From an uncultured delta proteobacterium (GTDB lineage Bacteria; Myxococcota_A; Polyangia; Polyangiales; Houyiibacteriaceae): a stretch of DNA of 64,000 nucleotides. The DNA lies in assembly GCA_963768985.1 (NCBI GenBank), contig CAVYJZ010000009.1:726546-790545 (forward strand). Reading direction: 5' to 3'. This document shows positions 18,284 through 26,587 of this stretch, in pieces. The translations under genes were made by a program, and so were the position numbers. Each line of letters opens with the position of its first letter. The stretch's first letter is position 1. A model generated the notes under the pieces. That model made no database searches and had not been told where the DNA came from. It saw only the letters and a list, made by a program, of their open reading frames with translations.

Positions 18284-19732
18284 ATGTCTGACTGGTCGAC
18301 CTACCATACCGGGGCCTTCCATGATGAGCTCATCGGCCCGGACGGACAGCCCCGTGCGGCCACGGGAACCCTGGCCGCTCATCTAGCTGAGCTCTCGCCG
18401 CGCATGCTCAAAACCCGGCAGGACGCGGCGGAACGGGCGATCATGGAGATGGGGATCACCTTCACGGTCTATTCGGAGGGTGAGAACATCGATCGGGCCT
18501 GGCCCTTCGACATCATTCCCCGAGTCATTCCGGCGAAAGAGTGGGCTGAGATCGATCGGGGCCTGCGCCAGCGCCTCACCGCGCTCAACATGTTCATCGA
18601 CGATCTCTATCATGAGCAGCGGATTCTGGCCGACGGTCGAGTGCCCCGCGAGTTGGTAGAATCGTCGCCGGATTTTCGCCCCGAGTGCATCGGCGCCAGG
18701 CCGCGCTACGGGGTCTGGGCACATGTCTGCGGTTCCGATCTGGTCCGCGACGGGGACGGCACGGTGTATGTGCTCGAGGACAACCTCCGCGTCCCGTCCG
18801 GGGTGTCGTACATGCTCGAGAACCGCAGTGTCACGAAGCGAGTGTTTCCAGAGCTGTTCCGCGACCAGGTGATCGCGCCGGTCGACGACTATCCTTCGGA
18901 CCTGTTCGACACCCTGACTGCGCTGTCACCTCGCCCCGACGATGATCCCGAAGTCGTGGTTCTCACACCAGGGATTTTCAATTCCGCGTACTTCGAACAC
19001 GCCTATCTCGCCCAGCGCATGGGCGCCGAATTGGTGGAGGGAGGCGATCTGCTGGTGGACTCCGACGATTGCGTCTACATGCGCACCGTCAGCGGCCTGA
19101 AGCGCGTGGACACAATCTACCGGCGCATCAATGATGGGTTTCTCGATCCGGAGGCGCTGCGCAAGGATTCGATGCTAGGCGTTGCAGGGTTGATTCGTGC
19201 CTGGCGCAAGGGAAACGTCGCCCTGGCAAATGCGCCTGGCGCCGGTGTCGCGGATGACAAGTTGGTATACACATTTGTGCCAGAGATGATTCGGTATTAC
19301 CTAGATCAGGATCCCATCATTCCCAATGTGCCGACCTGGCGCTGCTCTGATCCGGAGGACCTGCAACACGTGCTGAAGAACCTCGAAAAGCTGGTCGTGA
19401 AGCCCGCCAACGAATCGGGCGGATATGGGATGCTCGTCGGTCCGCACGCGTCGGCCGCGGAGGTCGAGAAGTTCGCGGCTCTGATCGCTGCGAACCCGCG
19501 CAATTACATTGCCCAGCCCACCTTGGCTCTGTCGACTGTTCCGACAGTCTGCGCCGGCGCCATCGAACCTCGTCACGTCGACCTCAGGCCCTTCATCCTG
19601 CAGGCGCGCGACACTGCGGTGACCGCAGGTGGCCTCACGCGGGTGGCCCTGCGCAAAGGCTCTTTGGTCGTGAACTCATCTCAGGGTGGTGGCAGCAAGG
19701 ACACGTGGATCGTGGGCGGCGGAGCGAACTGA
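18284..19732 (+). CDS. circularly permuted type-2 ATP-grasp protein
   Basis: Motifs GITFTVY, VLEDNLRVPSGVSYMLENR, LTPGIFNSAYFEH, GVADDK, GGYGML, GGLTRVAL and VVNSSQGGGSKDTW. Confidence 0.95.
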   Translation: MSDWSTYHTGAFHDELIGPDGQPRAATGTLAAHLAELSPRMLKTRQDAAERAIMEMGITFTVYSEGENIDRAWPFDIIPRVIPAKEWAEIDRGLRQRLTALNMFIDDLYHEQRILADGRVPRELVESSPDFRPECIGARPRYGVWAHVCGSDLVRDGDGTVYVLEDNLRVPSGVSYMLENRSVTKRVFPELFRDQVIAPVDDYPSDLFDTLTALSPRPDDDPEVVVLTPGIFNSAYFEHAYLAQRMGAELVEGGDLLVDSDDCVYMRTVSGLKRVDTIYRRINDGFLDPEALRKDSMLGVAGLIRAWRKGNVALANAPGAGVADDKLVYTFVPEMIRYYLDQDPIIPNVPTWRCSDPEDLQHVLKNLEKLVVKPANESGGYGMLVGPHASAAEVEKFAALIAANPRNYIAQPTLALSTVPTVCAGAIEPRHVDLRPFILQARDTAVTAGGLTRVALRKGSLVVNSSQGGGSKDTWIVGGGAN

Positions 19733-19733
19733 G

Positions 19734-20711
19734 ATGCTTTCTCGGGTTGCGGAGCGCATGTACTGGGCCGGTCGCTATCTGGAGCGGGCGGAAAACACGG
19801 CGCGAATCGTCAATACGTACGCGAACCTGCTCTTGGATTTGCCTCAGGAGACCGGCGTCGGGTGGCCGCAGCTCCTGCGAATCGTCAATGAGCAAAGCCA
19901 GTTCAGCGCCAGGTATTCCCAGAATACCGAGCAAGACATTCTCAGATTCCTCCTGGCAGACACAGAGAATCCGGGCTCCATTCTCTCGTCCCTCACGTTT
20001 GCCAGAGAGAACTTTCGCACATCGCGGGATGTCATTCCGATGGAGGGTTGGGAGCGCGTCAACGAGCTCTATTTGATGGGACGGCGTGATCTACCGGGTG
20101 CTGTTGGCCGGCGCCGCCGCTTTGAGGTGCTTGCCAGCTGCGTGGTGCATTGCCAGCAGATCACCGGGCTTCTGTCTGGCACCATGAGCCACGGCGACGC
20201 CTACAACTTTCTCCGAATGGGTAATTACCTCGAACGCGCGGACATGAGCTCCCGTGTCGTCGATGTAGGCGCGGCAACGCTGGCGCAGCATGATCCAGGT
20301 GTGGCGCCCTACGAAAACACCCTGTGGATCGCGGTGCTACGATCCCTGAGCGCATACCAGATGTACCGTCAGTACGTGAGGCGCAGGATTGCGGCGGGCG
20401 ATGTCGTGAGCTTCTTGTTGGCGGATTCGCAGTTTCCACGGGCCGTGGCGTTTTCGCTCAATGCGCTGACCAGGTGTCTTCGGACTTTGCCACAGAGCGA
20501 CGATGCCCAGCGGATCCTCGAAGAGCTGAAGCAAAGCGTTTCCGTAGAACGCAATACCGCCATGGATGGCGCCGAGCTGCACCGCTACATCGATCAACTG
20601 CAGATCGGTTTCGGAGAGCTCCATCAAGCCATTGCAGCGCAATGGTTCCTGCGACCCCAGAAAATGGTCGAAGCCGCTGCGCAAGTGCAGACGGCGCGGA
20701 CCGATGGCTGA
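19734..20711 (+). CDS. alpha-E domain protein (DUF403)
   Basis: MLSRVAERMYWAGRYLERAENTAR and a second ER motif GNYLERAD; also LRSLSAYQMY and FPRAV. Confidence 0.95.
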   Translation: MLSRVAERMYWAGRYLERAENTARIVNTYANLLLDLPQETGVGWPQLLRIVNEQSQFSARYSQNTEQDILRFLLADTENPGSILSSLTFARENFRTSRDVIPMEGWERVNELYLMGRRDLPGAVGRRRRFEVLASCVVHCQQITGLLSGTMSHGDAYNFLRMGNYLERADMSSRVVDVGAATLAQHDPGVAPYENTLWIAVLRSLSAYQMYRQYVRRRIAAGDVVSFLLADSQFPRAVAFSLNALTRCLRTLPQSDDAQRILEELKQSVSVERNTAMDGAELHRYIDQLQIGFGELHQAIAAQWFLRPQKMVEAAAQVQTARTDG

Positions 20712-20727
20712 TCACGAGATCCGGGAA

Positions 20728-22686
20728 TCAACCGAGATCGAGCCAAACGGCGCGGTGATGATCGAGAATCAGGCCACCTGCGAAGGAGACCAGGCTCTGG
20801 GTCAGATGGTCGAGAGCCTCGCTGCCAGCCGTCCACGGTCGGAGGAAATCTTGCTCCATCCGTTGCGACGTCTCTGCAAAATTCGTCACGATCAGCAGTC
20901 GCTGGTCGGCATGCGCCCGTAGATACGCGAAGAGGTGCGGATTGCCGGTATCGACGACTTCCATCCCGCCGTCGTAGAGGGCGGGCAGTTGTTTGCGCAG
21001 ATTGAAGAGCTTGGCGGTTTCGCGAAAGAACCGCCACTCGATGGTGTCGAGGTCGGCCAGATCCTCCTGGGCGTCCCAGCGCTTTCGGCAGCGGTGGACC
21101 CACCGACTGTCGTTCACCTTCCGAGGGTCGGAGAGATAGGTGTAGTCGTTGATCATGCCGTACTCGTCCCCCGCATAGAGAAGTGGCAGGCCACCAATGC
21201 TCACCTGAATTCCCATCAGCAACGTGATGCGTCGAACGGCGCGCTCGATCAGCTCGGCATCGTCGCGCTCGAGCGCGTCTTCGAGGCCGGCAAGCGAGGA
21301 TAGGGTGCCGGTGACGCGCGTATCTCCCGTCGCCAGATCCTCCTGGAATCGCTTTCCCCGCGCGTATGACCCGGGGAACTCGCCTGTGTAGAACTGATTC
21401 AGAAATCGACGATGGGCTGCGGGGTCAATTCCGACGCTCCGCGCGTCGTCATCGTCGAAGGTCCAGCCAATGTCATCGTGGCACCGCAAGTAGTTGACCC
21501 AAGAGCAGCCGGCCGGGAGCCGATACCGGGTACGCATCGAGTGGTGCAGGAGCTGCGTGTGCTGGGTCGCCAGTGCCTCCCAGAGTAGAGCCATGAGAAG
21601 AGGGTTGTAGGAAAGCTGGCACTCGTCAGGGTGAATGTAGCGAATGACCTCGTTGGGGTGAACGATCGCTTCCGACTTGAAGAGCAGGGCCGGCGCGGCG
21701 ATCCGCGCCATGGCGTTGAACGCCCGAATGATCGTGTGCGCTTCGGGTTGGTTCTCGCAGTTGGTGCCCAGACGCTTCCAGAGAAACGCCACCGCGTCCA
21801 ACCTCAGAACCTCCACACCGCGATTGGCGAGGAACAGCATCTCCTCCGCCATCGCGCGGAAGACCTCGGCGTTGGCGTAGTTCAGGTCCCACTGATAGCT
21901 GTTGAACGTAGTCCAAACCCAGCGTTCGAGCTCGTCGCACCAGGTGAAGCTGCCCGAACGTACCTCGGGGAAGATGTTGCGCAGGTAGCGCTGAAACTGA
22001 TCAGGTAGCTCGCGGTCAGGGAACGTGTAGTAGTACGCCATGAAATCCGGATCGCCGGACTTGGCGCGCAGGGCCCACTCATGCTCATCCGAGGTATGAT
22101 TGAACACCAGGTCGAGCACCAGAGTGATGCCCTGCTCGCGGAGCACGGATGAGACTTCCTCGAGCTCCTCCATGGTGCCGATGTCCGCGTTGATCGAGCG
22201 GTAGTCGCTGACCGCATAGCCTCCGTCGTTCTCGCCGTGCGGACTCGCGAAGAGCGGCATCAGATGCAGATACGTAAGCCCGAGTTTTTTGAAATAGGGA
22301 ATGTGATCCTTCAGCTTGGCTATGTGATCACTGAAGAGATCCACGTATAGGACGATGCCCACCATCTCCTGTGACTGGAACCATTCGGGGTTTGCTTCCC
22401 GTCTCTCATCAAGGCGCCGTAGCTCCAATGGGCGCGCGAGCCAGGAGCTGATCAGTGAGCGGAGGATGCGCTCTAGGGTGTAGTGAAAGTCGTACTGCCA
22501 TCCGTAGAGATCGTGTAGATACGAAAACAAACGCTCCCATTCCCGATGGAGGCGGTTCTTGAACCGGTGCCAATCGAAGGCGAGCGGCTCGAGCTGCTCA
22601 GCGAACGCCTCCTCGAGCTCCGGGAGCAGGCGTTGCAAAGACTTGCGAGCCTGCTCTGGCTTCCAGTCGTGCTCTCCTGTGCTCAC
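20728..22686 (-). CDS. amylosucrase (GH13_4)
   Basis: Motifs YLHLMPLF, DGGYAVSDY, VFNHTS, QWDLNY, RLDAVAFLWK (nucleophile), FKSEAIV (acid/base), HDDIGW and SRWVHR. Confidence 0.88.
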   Translation of the reverse strand: MSTGEHDWKPEQARKSLQRLLPELEEAFAEQLEPLAFDWHRFKNRLHREWERLFSYLHDLYGWQYDFHYTLERILRSLISSWLARPLELRRLDERREANPEWFQSQEMVGIVLYVDLFSDHIAKLKDHIPYFKKLGLTYLHLMPLFASPHGENDGGYAVSDYRSINADIGTMEELEEVSSVLREQGITLVLDLVFNHTSDEHEWALRAKSGDPDFMAYYYTFPDRELPDQFQRYLRNIFPEVRSGSFTWCDELERWVWTTFNSYQWDLNYANAEVFRAMAEEMLFLANRGVEVLRLDAVAFLWKRLGTNCENQPEAHTIIRAFNAMARIAAPALLFKSEAIVHPNEVIRYIHPDECQLSYNPLLMALLWEALATQHTQLLHHSMRTRYRLPAGCSWVNYLRCHDDIGWTFDDDDARSVGIDPAAHRRFLNQFYTGEFPGSYARGKRFQEDLATGDTRVTGTLSSLAGLEDALERDDAELIERAVRRITLLMGIQVSIGGLPLLYAGDEYGMINDYTYLSDPRKVNDSRWVHRCRKRWDAQEDLADLDTIEWRFFRETAKLFNLRKQLPALYDGGMEVVDTGNPHLFAYLRAHADQRLLIVTNFAETSQRMEQDFLRPWTAGSEALDHLTQSLVSFAGGLILDHHRAVWLDLG

Positions 22687-24728
22687 GATTGCCCGTCGAT
22701 CTTCGGCGCCAGCACCAGGGCCGTGCGTGAGGGGAGATAGAGACTCAGAAAGTATCGCTCGATGCGGTCGGCGAGCGCGTGATGGGAGATGTCCGTAGCC
22801 TGACGGTCGAATCCGCCATATGCGCTACGGTCGGTGTCGAGCACCGTGCGGTACGCGCCCGGAGGGGAGGGAATACGGTAGTCGGGAAACGAGCGGCTCG
22901 GGTGAAAGTTCATCACGAACACGAGCCCCGCGCGAAGCCACGCCAGGACCTTGGTCCCTTCGTCGCTGTGCAGAAGGAACTCATCCCGGCCATCGGGGAC
23001 GCCGTATGTCCGGGCAAGAGACATCAAGTCGCGGTCGAACGCGGCGAGGCCCGCATAACGCAGGGTTTCATCCTCGCACAGGTGCCACTGACGCCGGGCG
23101 TGCGCGTAGGACCAGTGGTTGCCTTCTCTCGGGAAGTCGATCCATTCCGGATGGCCGAACTCGTTGCCCATGAAGTTGAGATATCCGTGACCGGCTGTCC
23201 CGAGGGTGGCGAGTCGGATCATCTTGTGGAGCGCGATACCGCGGTCTACCGCGAGGTCCTCCGTGAATACCGACATGCGATCGTAGATGCGAGCCTTCAC
23301 GAGGCGAAAGATCAAGGTCTGGTCCCCGACCATGGCCTGATCGTGGGACTCGGCATAGCTGATCGTCGGCTCGTCACGCCGGCGGTTCGTCAACTCGTGC
23401 CAGAGCTTGCCGATCGGCCAGCTCTCGTCGGGCAGGTCTTTGGTGAGCTCGATCCAGGTGTCGGCGACGCCCATCGCGAAGCGATAGTCGAAACCGGCGC
23501 CGCCCTCCGAGACGGGCAATGCCAGCCCAGGAAAGCCGGACACGTCCTCGGCGATCGTGATGGTGTCCGGTGAAAGCCTGTGGATCAGCTCGTTTGCGAG
23601 GGTCAGGTAACTGAGCGCATCTTCGTCGACCAGGCTGCCGAAGTAGTCATCGTAGCTGGTGAAGTTCCGCTTCAAGCCGTGATCGGTGTAGAGCATGCTC
23701 GTCACGCCATCGAAGCGGAAGCCGTCGACACGGAACTCGTCCATCCAGAACCGGCAGTTCGACAACAAGAAGTGGAGCACTTGTGGTTTTCCGTAGTCGA
23801 AGCACCGCGAGTTCCAGGCTGGATGCTCGCCGCGCGGCCCGTCGTGGAAGTACAAGGCCGACGTGCCGTCCTGTCGCGAAATGCCTTCGACTTCGTTTCG
23901 GGCAGCGTGAGAATGCACGAGGTCCATGAAGACCAAGAGCCCCATGCCATGCGCCTCGTCGACGAGCGCTTTTAGCTCCTCGGGCGTCCCGAAACGCGAC
24001 GAGCACGCGAAGAAGCTCGACACTTGGTAACCAAACGAGGCGTAGTAAGGATGCTCGGCCAGCGCCATGATTTGGATGGCCTGGTACCCGCCATCGCGAA
24101 TGCGCGGAAGCACCTGCGTACGGAACTCATCGTACGTTCCGACCTTGGGTTCCTCCTGCGCCATGCCGACGTGCGCTTCATAGATCAACAGCGGCCACTG
24201 CGGGCGCGGCGGCCGTGTGTGACGCCAATGATAGGGAACCGATGGGTGCCACGCCTGTGCGTTGAAGCTGCCGGTCGTCTCGTCACGCACGACCCGTCGG
24301 GTCCAGGCCGGAATCCGATCGCCGCCACCTCCCGACCAGCGGACCTCGAGGCGATAGGGATCGCCGTGGGCGAGGGCATCCGCGGCAAGTTGAATCTCCC
24401 ACACACCCTCGCCGCCGGTTCGAGCGAGCGCATATTTCGGTTCCGCCCGCCAGTCGGAGAACGGACCCTTCACGAACATCGACTGGGCGTTTGGTGCCCA
24501 TTCGCGAAGAACCCATTTGCCGTCTCGAAAGTGCAGGCCGAAGTACTCGTGTCCCGAAGCGAACTCGGCGAGGTCGACATGTCCACCGGTCAGGCGGTGC
24601 TCCATCGCCTCAGCCTGGTGCACACGTCGGGAAAGGATGGTGGCGTACGGCGCGAGCAAGGGATCTCGCTCGACGAGCCGACGCACCTTCTGCTCCGACG
24701 AAGATGTTTCATTTGCGACGGTGCTCAT
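22683..24728 (-). CDS. glgB: 1,4-alpha-glucan branching enzyme (GH13_8, eukaryote/Bacteroidetes-type)
   Basis: Motifs GHEYFGLH, REWAPNA, IYEAHVGM, EHPYYASFGYQV, FRFDGVTSMLY, IAEDVSG, YAESHDQA and LNFMGNEFGHPEWIDFPR. The start is uncertain (24728-24773). Confidence 0.92.
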   Translation of the reverse strand: MSTVANETSSSEQKVRRLVERDPLLAPYATILSRRVHQAEAMEHRLTGGHVDLAEFASGHEYFGLHFRDGKWVLREWAPNAQSMFVKGPFSDWRAEPKYALARTGGEGVWEIQLAADALAHGDPYRLEVRWSGGGGDRIPAWTRRVVRDETTGSFNAQAWHPSVPYHWRHTRPPRPQWPLLIYEAHVGMAQEEPKVGTYDEFRTQVLPRIRDGGYQAIQIMALAEHPYYASFGYQVSSFFACSSRFGTPEELKALVDEAHGMGLLVFMDLVHSHAARNEVEGISRQDGTSALYFHDGPRGEHPAWNSRCFDYGKPQVLHFLLSNCRFWMDEFRVDGFRFDGVTSMLYTDHGLKRNFTSYDDYFGSLVDEDALSYLTLANELIHRLSPDTITIAEDVSGFPGLALPVSEGGAGFDYRFAMGVADTWIELTKDLPDESWPIGKLWHELTNRRRDEPTISYAESHDQAMVGDQTLIFRLVKARIYDRMSVFTEDLAVDRGIALHKMIRLATLGTAGHGYLNFMGNEFGHPEWIDFPREGNHWSYAHARRQWHLCEDETLRYAGLAAFDRDLMSLARTYGVPDGRDEFLLHSDEGTKVLAWLRAGLVFVMNFHPSRSFPDYRIPSPPGAYRTVLDTDRSAYGGFDRQATDISHHALADRIERYFLSLYLPSRTALVLAPKIDGQS

Positions 24729-24803
24729 GACAGGCGTAGAGCGTTGCATGATACGCATCGACACAGACAGCAAGCAAACTGGCCCGATCCGGGCTGCGTC
24801 ACC

Positions 24804-25754
24804 TCAGAGGACGGCTTGGCGCATGACCTGGATGTAGCTTTCAGCGACGCACGCATGGTCGATGAGGCCACGCTCTCGCAACATTTGATGAAACCTTGCC
24901 AGGTTGTAATGAGGCACCGTCATCAGGAGATGGTGCTCCAAATGGTATTGGACCAGGTTCGGCGCGATGAACAGCCTCTCCAGCGGGCCCGCGAGCACGG
25001 TGCGGGTTTGGCCGAGCGGCTCCTTCGGATCGGGAACTACCGCGTGCTCGGCGATCGAACGGATTCGCGCGACGAGCTTGTTCGTCGTCAGCCAGGCACC
25101 CAGCCAGAGTAGATAGAACATTGGGTGTCCGAGCGCCCAGAGGAGGCCGAACAGCATCAGATTGGTGACCGTAGTGCCGACCAGCATTCGAATGACGGGC
25201 GCGCGCTCCAAGCGAAGCGGAAGCGTGCCGCTGTTCACCGGCTTGCCGCGTAGCACCTGGACGGCGAGATAGGTCGTTCCAATGAGCTGCTTGAGGCCCG
25301 TGATGCCGAGGAGGTCCCGCATCACCTTCCGGAACATGCTGCGTTTCGAAACCGGAAATGGAGTCGCCAACGGCAAATCGGGGTCTCCCTCGGTCCAGGT
25401 TTTCGCATGATGCTCGAGATGATGGGCCCGGTACATGTCCGCGCTCAGATAGATCGGGTACCCGGCGAGCCAGTTTCCGACGAAGTCGTTGAGGCCGCGG
25501 TTCTTGAACAAAGTGTGGTGCGCGCTTTCGTGCATCACGACCGCGAGCCCGAGCTGTCGCGTGCCGATCACGCACAGGGCCAAGACGACGGTGACGATGT
25601 TGGGTACGTATGCGACCAGAGCCATCGAGGCCGCGATCAATCCGTAGTTGACGAGGAGGGTCAGCCAGGCCCGATGCGCGCGAATGACGCGGAGCGCCCG
25701 AATCTCTTCGGTGGTGAAGTGCTCCCTCCAAGATTTTCCGCCAGCAGGTGTCAT
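24804..25754 (-). CDS. membrane fatty-acid desaturase / hydrocarbon oxygenase-like protein
   Basis: Three His boxes (HESAH, HHLEHH, YHLEHH) plus RSIAEH. Confidence 0.88.
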   Translation of the reverse strand: MTPAGGKSWREHFTTEEIRALRVIRAHRAWLTLLVNYGLIAASMALVAYVPNIVTVVLALCVIGTRQLGLAVVMHESAHHTLFKNRGLNDFVGNWLAGYPIYLSADMYRAHHLEHHAKTWTEGDPDLPLATPFPVSKRSMFRKVMRDLLGITGLKQLIGTTYLAVQVLRGKPVNSGTLPLRLERAPVIRMLVGTTVTNLMLFGLLWALGHPMFYLLWLGAWLTTNKLVARIRSIAEHAVVPDPKEPLGQTRTVLAGPLERLFIAPNLVQYHLEHHLLMTVPHYNLARFHQMLRERGLIDHACVAESYIQVMRQAVL

Positions 25755-25857
25755 CGGGTTCCAGAAGGCCGTTCGCCAAGCATTGTGGACACAGTATACC
25801 ACGACGCCTCGATGCGTATTCGCGCCCATGCCCTGCAGCATTGATGGCGACCGGGCG

Positions 25858-26397
25858 TCATGGGTGGGACCCGGACCGGAGCATGACCGCGAGATCGGTC
25901 ACGCCCGGGTCGATCCCGAGCTGTTTGAGCAGGGTCGTGACCTGTCCCCGGTGATGGGTCTGATGGTTGAAGAAGTGGCTCAACGCCCACCAGCTCGGAT
26001 GCTCATGCTCCTCGCCCGTGCTCGTCCTGTATCGAAGCAGGCTACGTAGAGAGTCTTCGTTCAGCCCCTCCACCCAGATTTGGATCTTCGCATCGCTCTT
26101 TCGACGTACCGATTGTAGCTCCTCAAAATCGGCGTAGAGCACCTGATCGAGCGAGCGAACCTCGATCGGTTCGCCGTGGGCATCGCGGAACGCAAAGCCC
26201 TCCACGTCGCCGGTGAAGCGGCGCATCCAAGCATGATCGGCCAGCAAAATGTGATTCAGCGTTCCGTGAATCGACCCGAAGAACGCGCCCATGTCGCGCG
26301 TGCGTTCCTGCTCCGTGAGCTCAGCGCTCGAGGCATAGATCTTCTCGTTCATCCAAGCGTTGTATCGGGCCATGGCCTGGTAGTGGTCGAGCAGCAC
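25858..26397 (-). CDS. DinB family protein
   Basis: Motifs YNAWMN, FFGSIHGTLNHI and HFFNHQTHHRGQ; GGAGG RBS with GTG start. Confidence 0.9.
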   Translation of the reverse strand: MLLDHYQAMARYNAWMNEKIYASSAELTEQERTRDMGAFFGSIHGTLNHILLADHAWMRRFTGDVEGFAFRDAHGEPIEVRSLDQVLYADFEELQSVRRKSDAKIQIWVEGLNEDSLRSLLRYRTSTGEEHEHPSWWALSHFFNHQTHHRGQVTTLLKQLGIDPGVTDLAVMLRSGSHP

Positions 26398-26587
26398 GGC
26401 CTCCGAGGTTACCAGAGTTCAGGCGATAGGCCTTTCGAAAGGATCTTCAGCGTTTCGTCGCGGCCTCTAGCCCACGCCTCGGTTGGAAATCCGCACGATG
26501 CTAGCGCGAAGCGCCTCTTCACGTCATCCAAAAGAGGCGCGTGAGGTCGATCTCCACACGTGGGGCTCGTTGTGCGAGGATAGGGCG

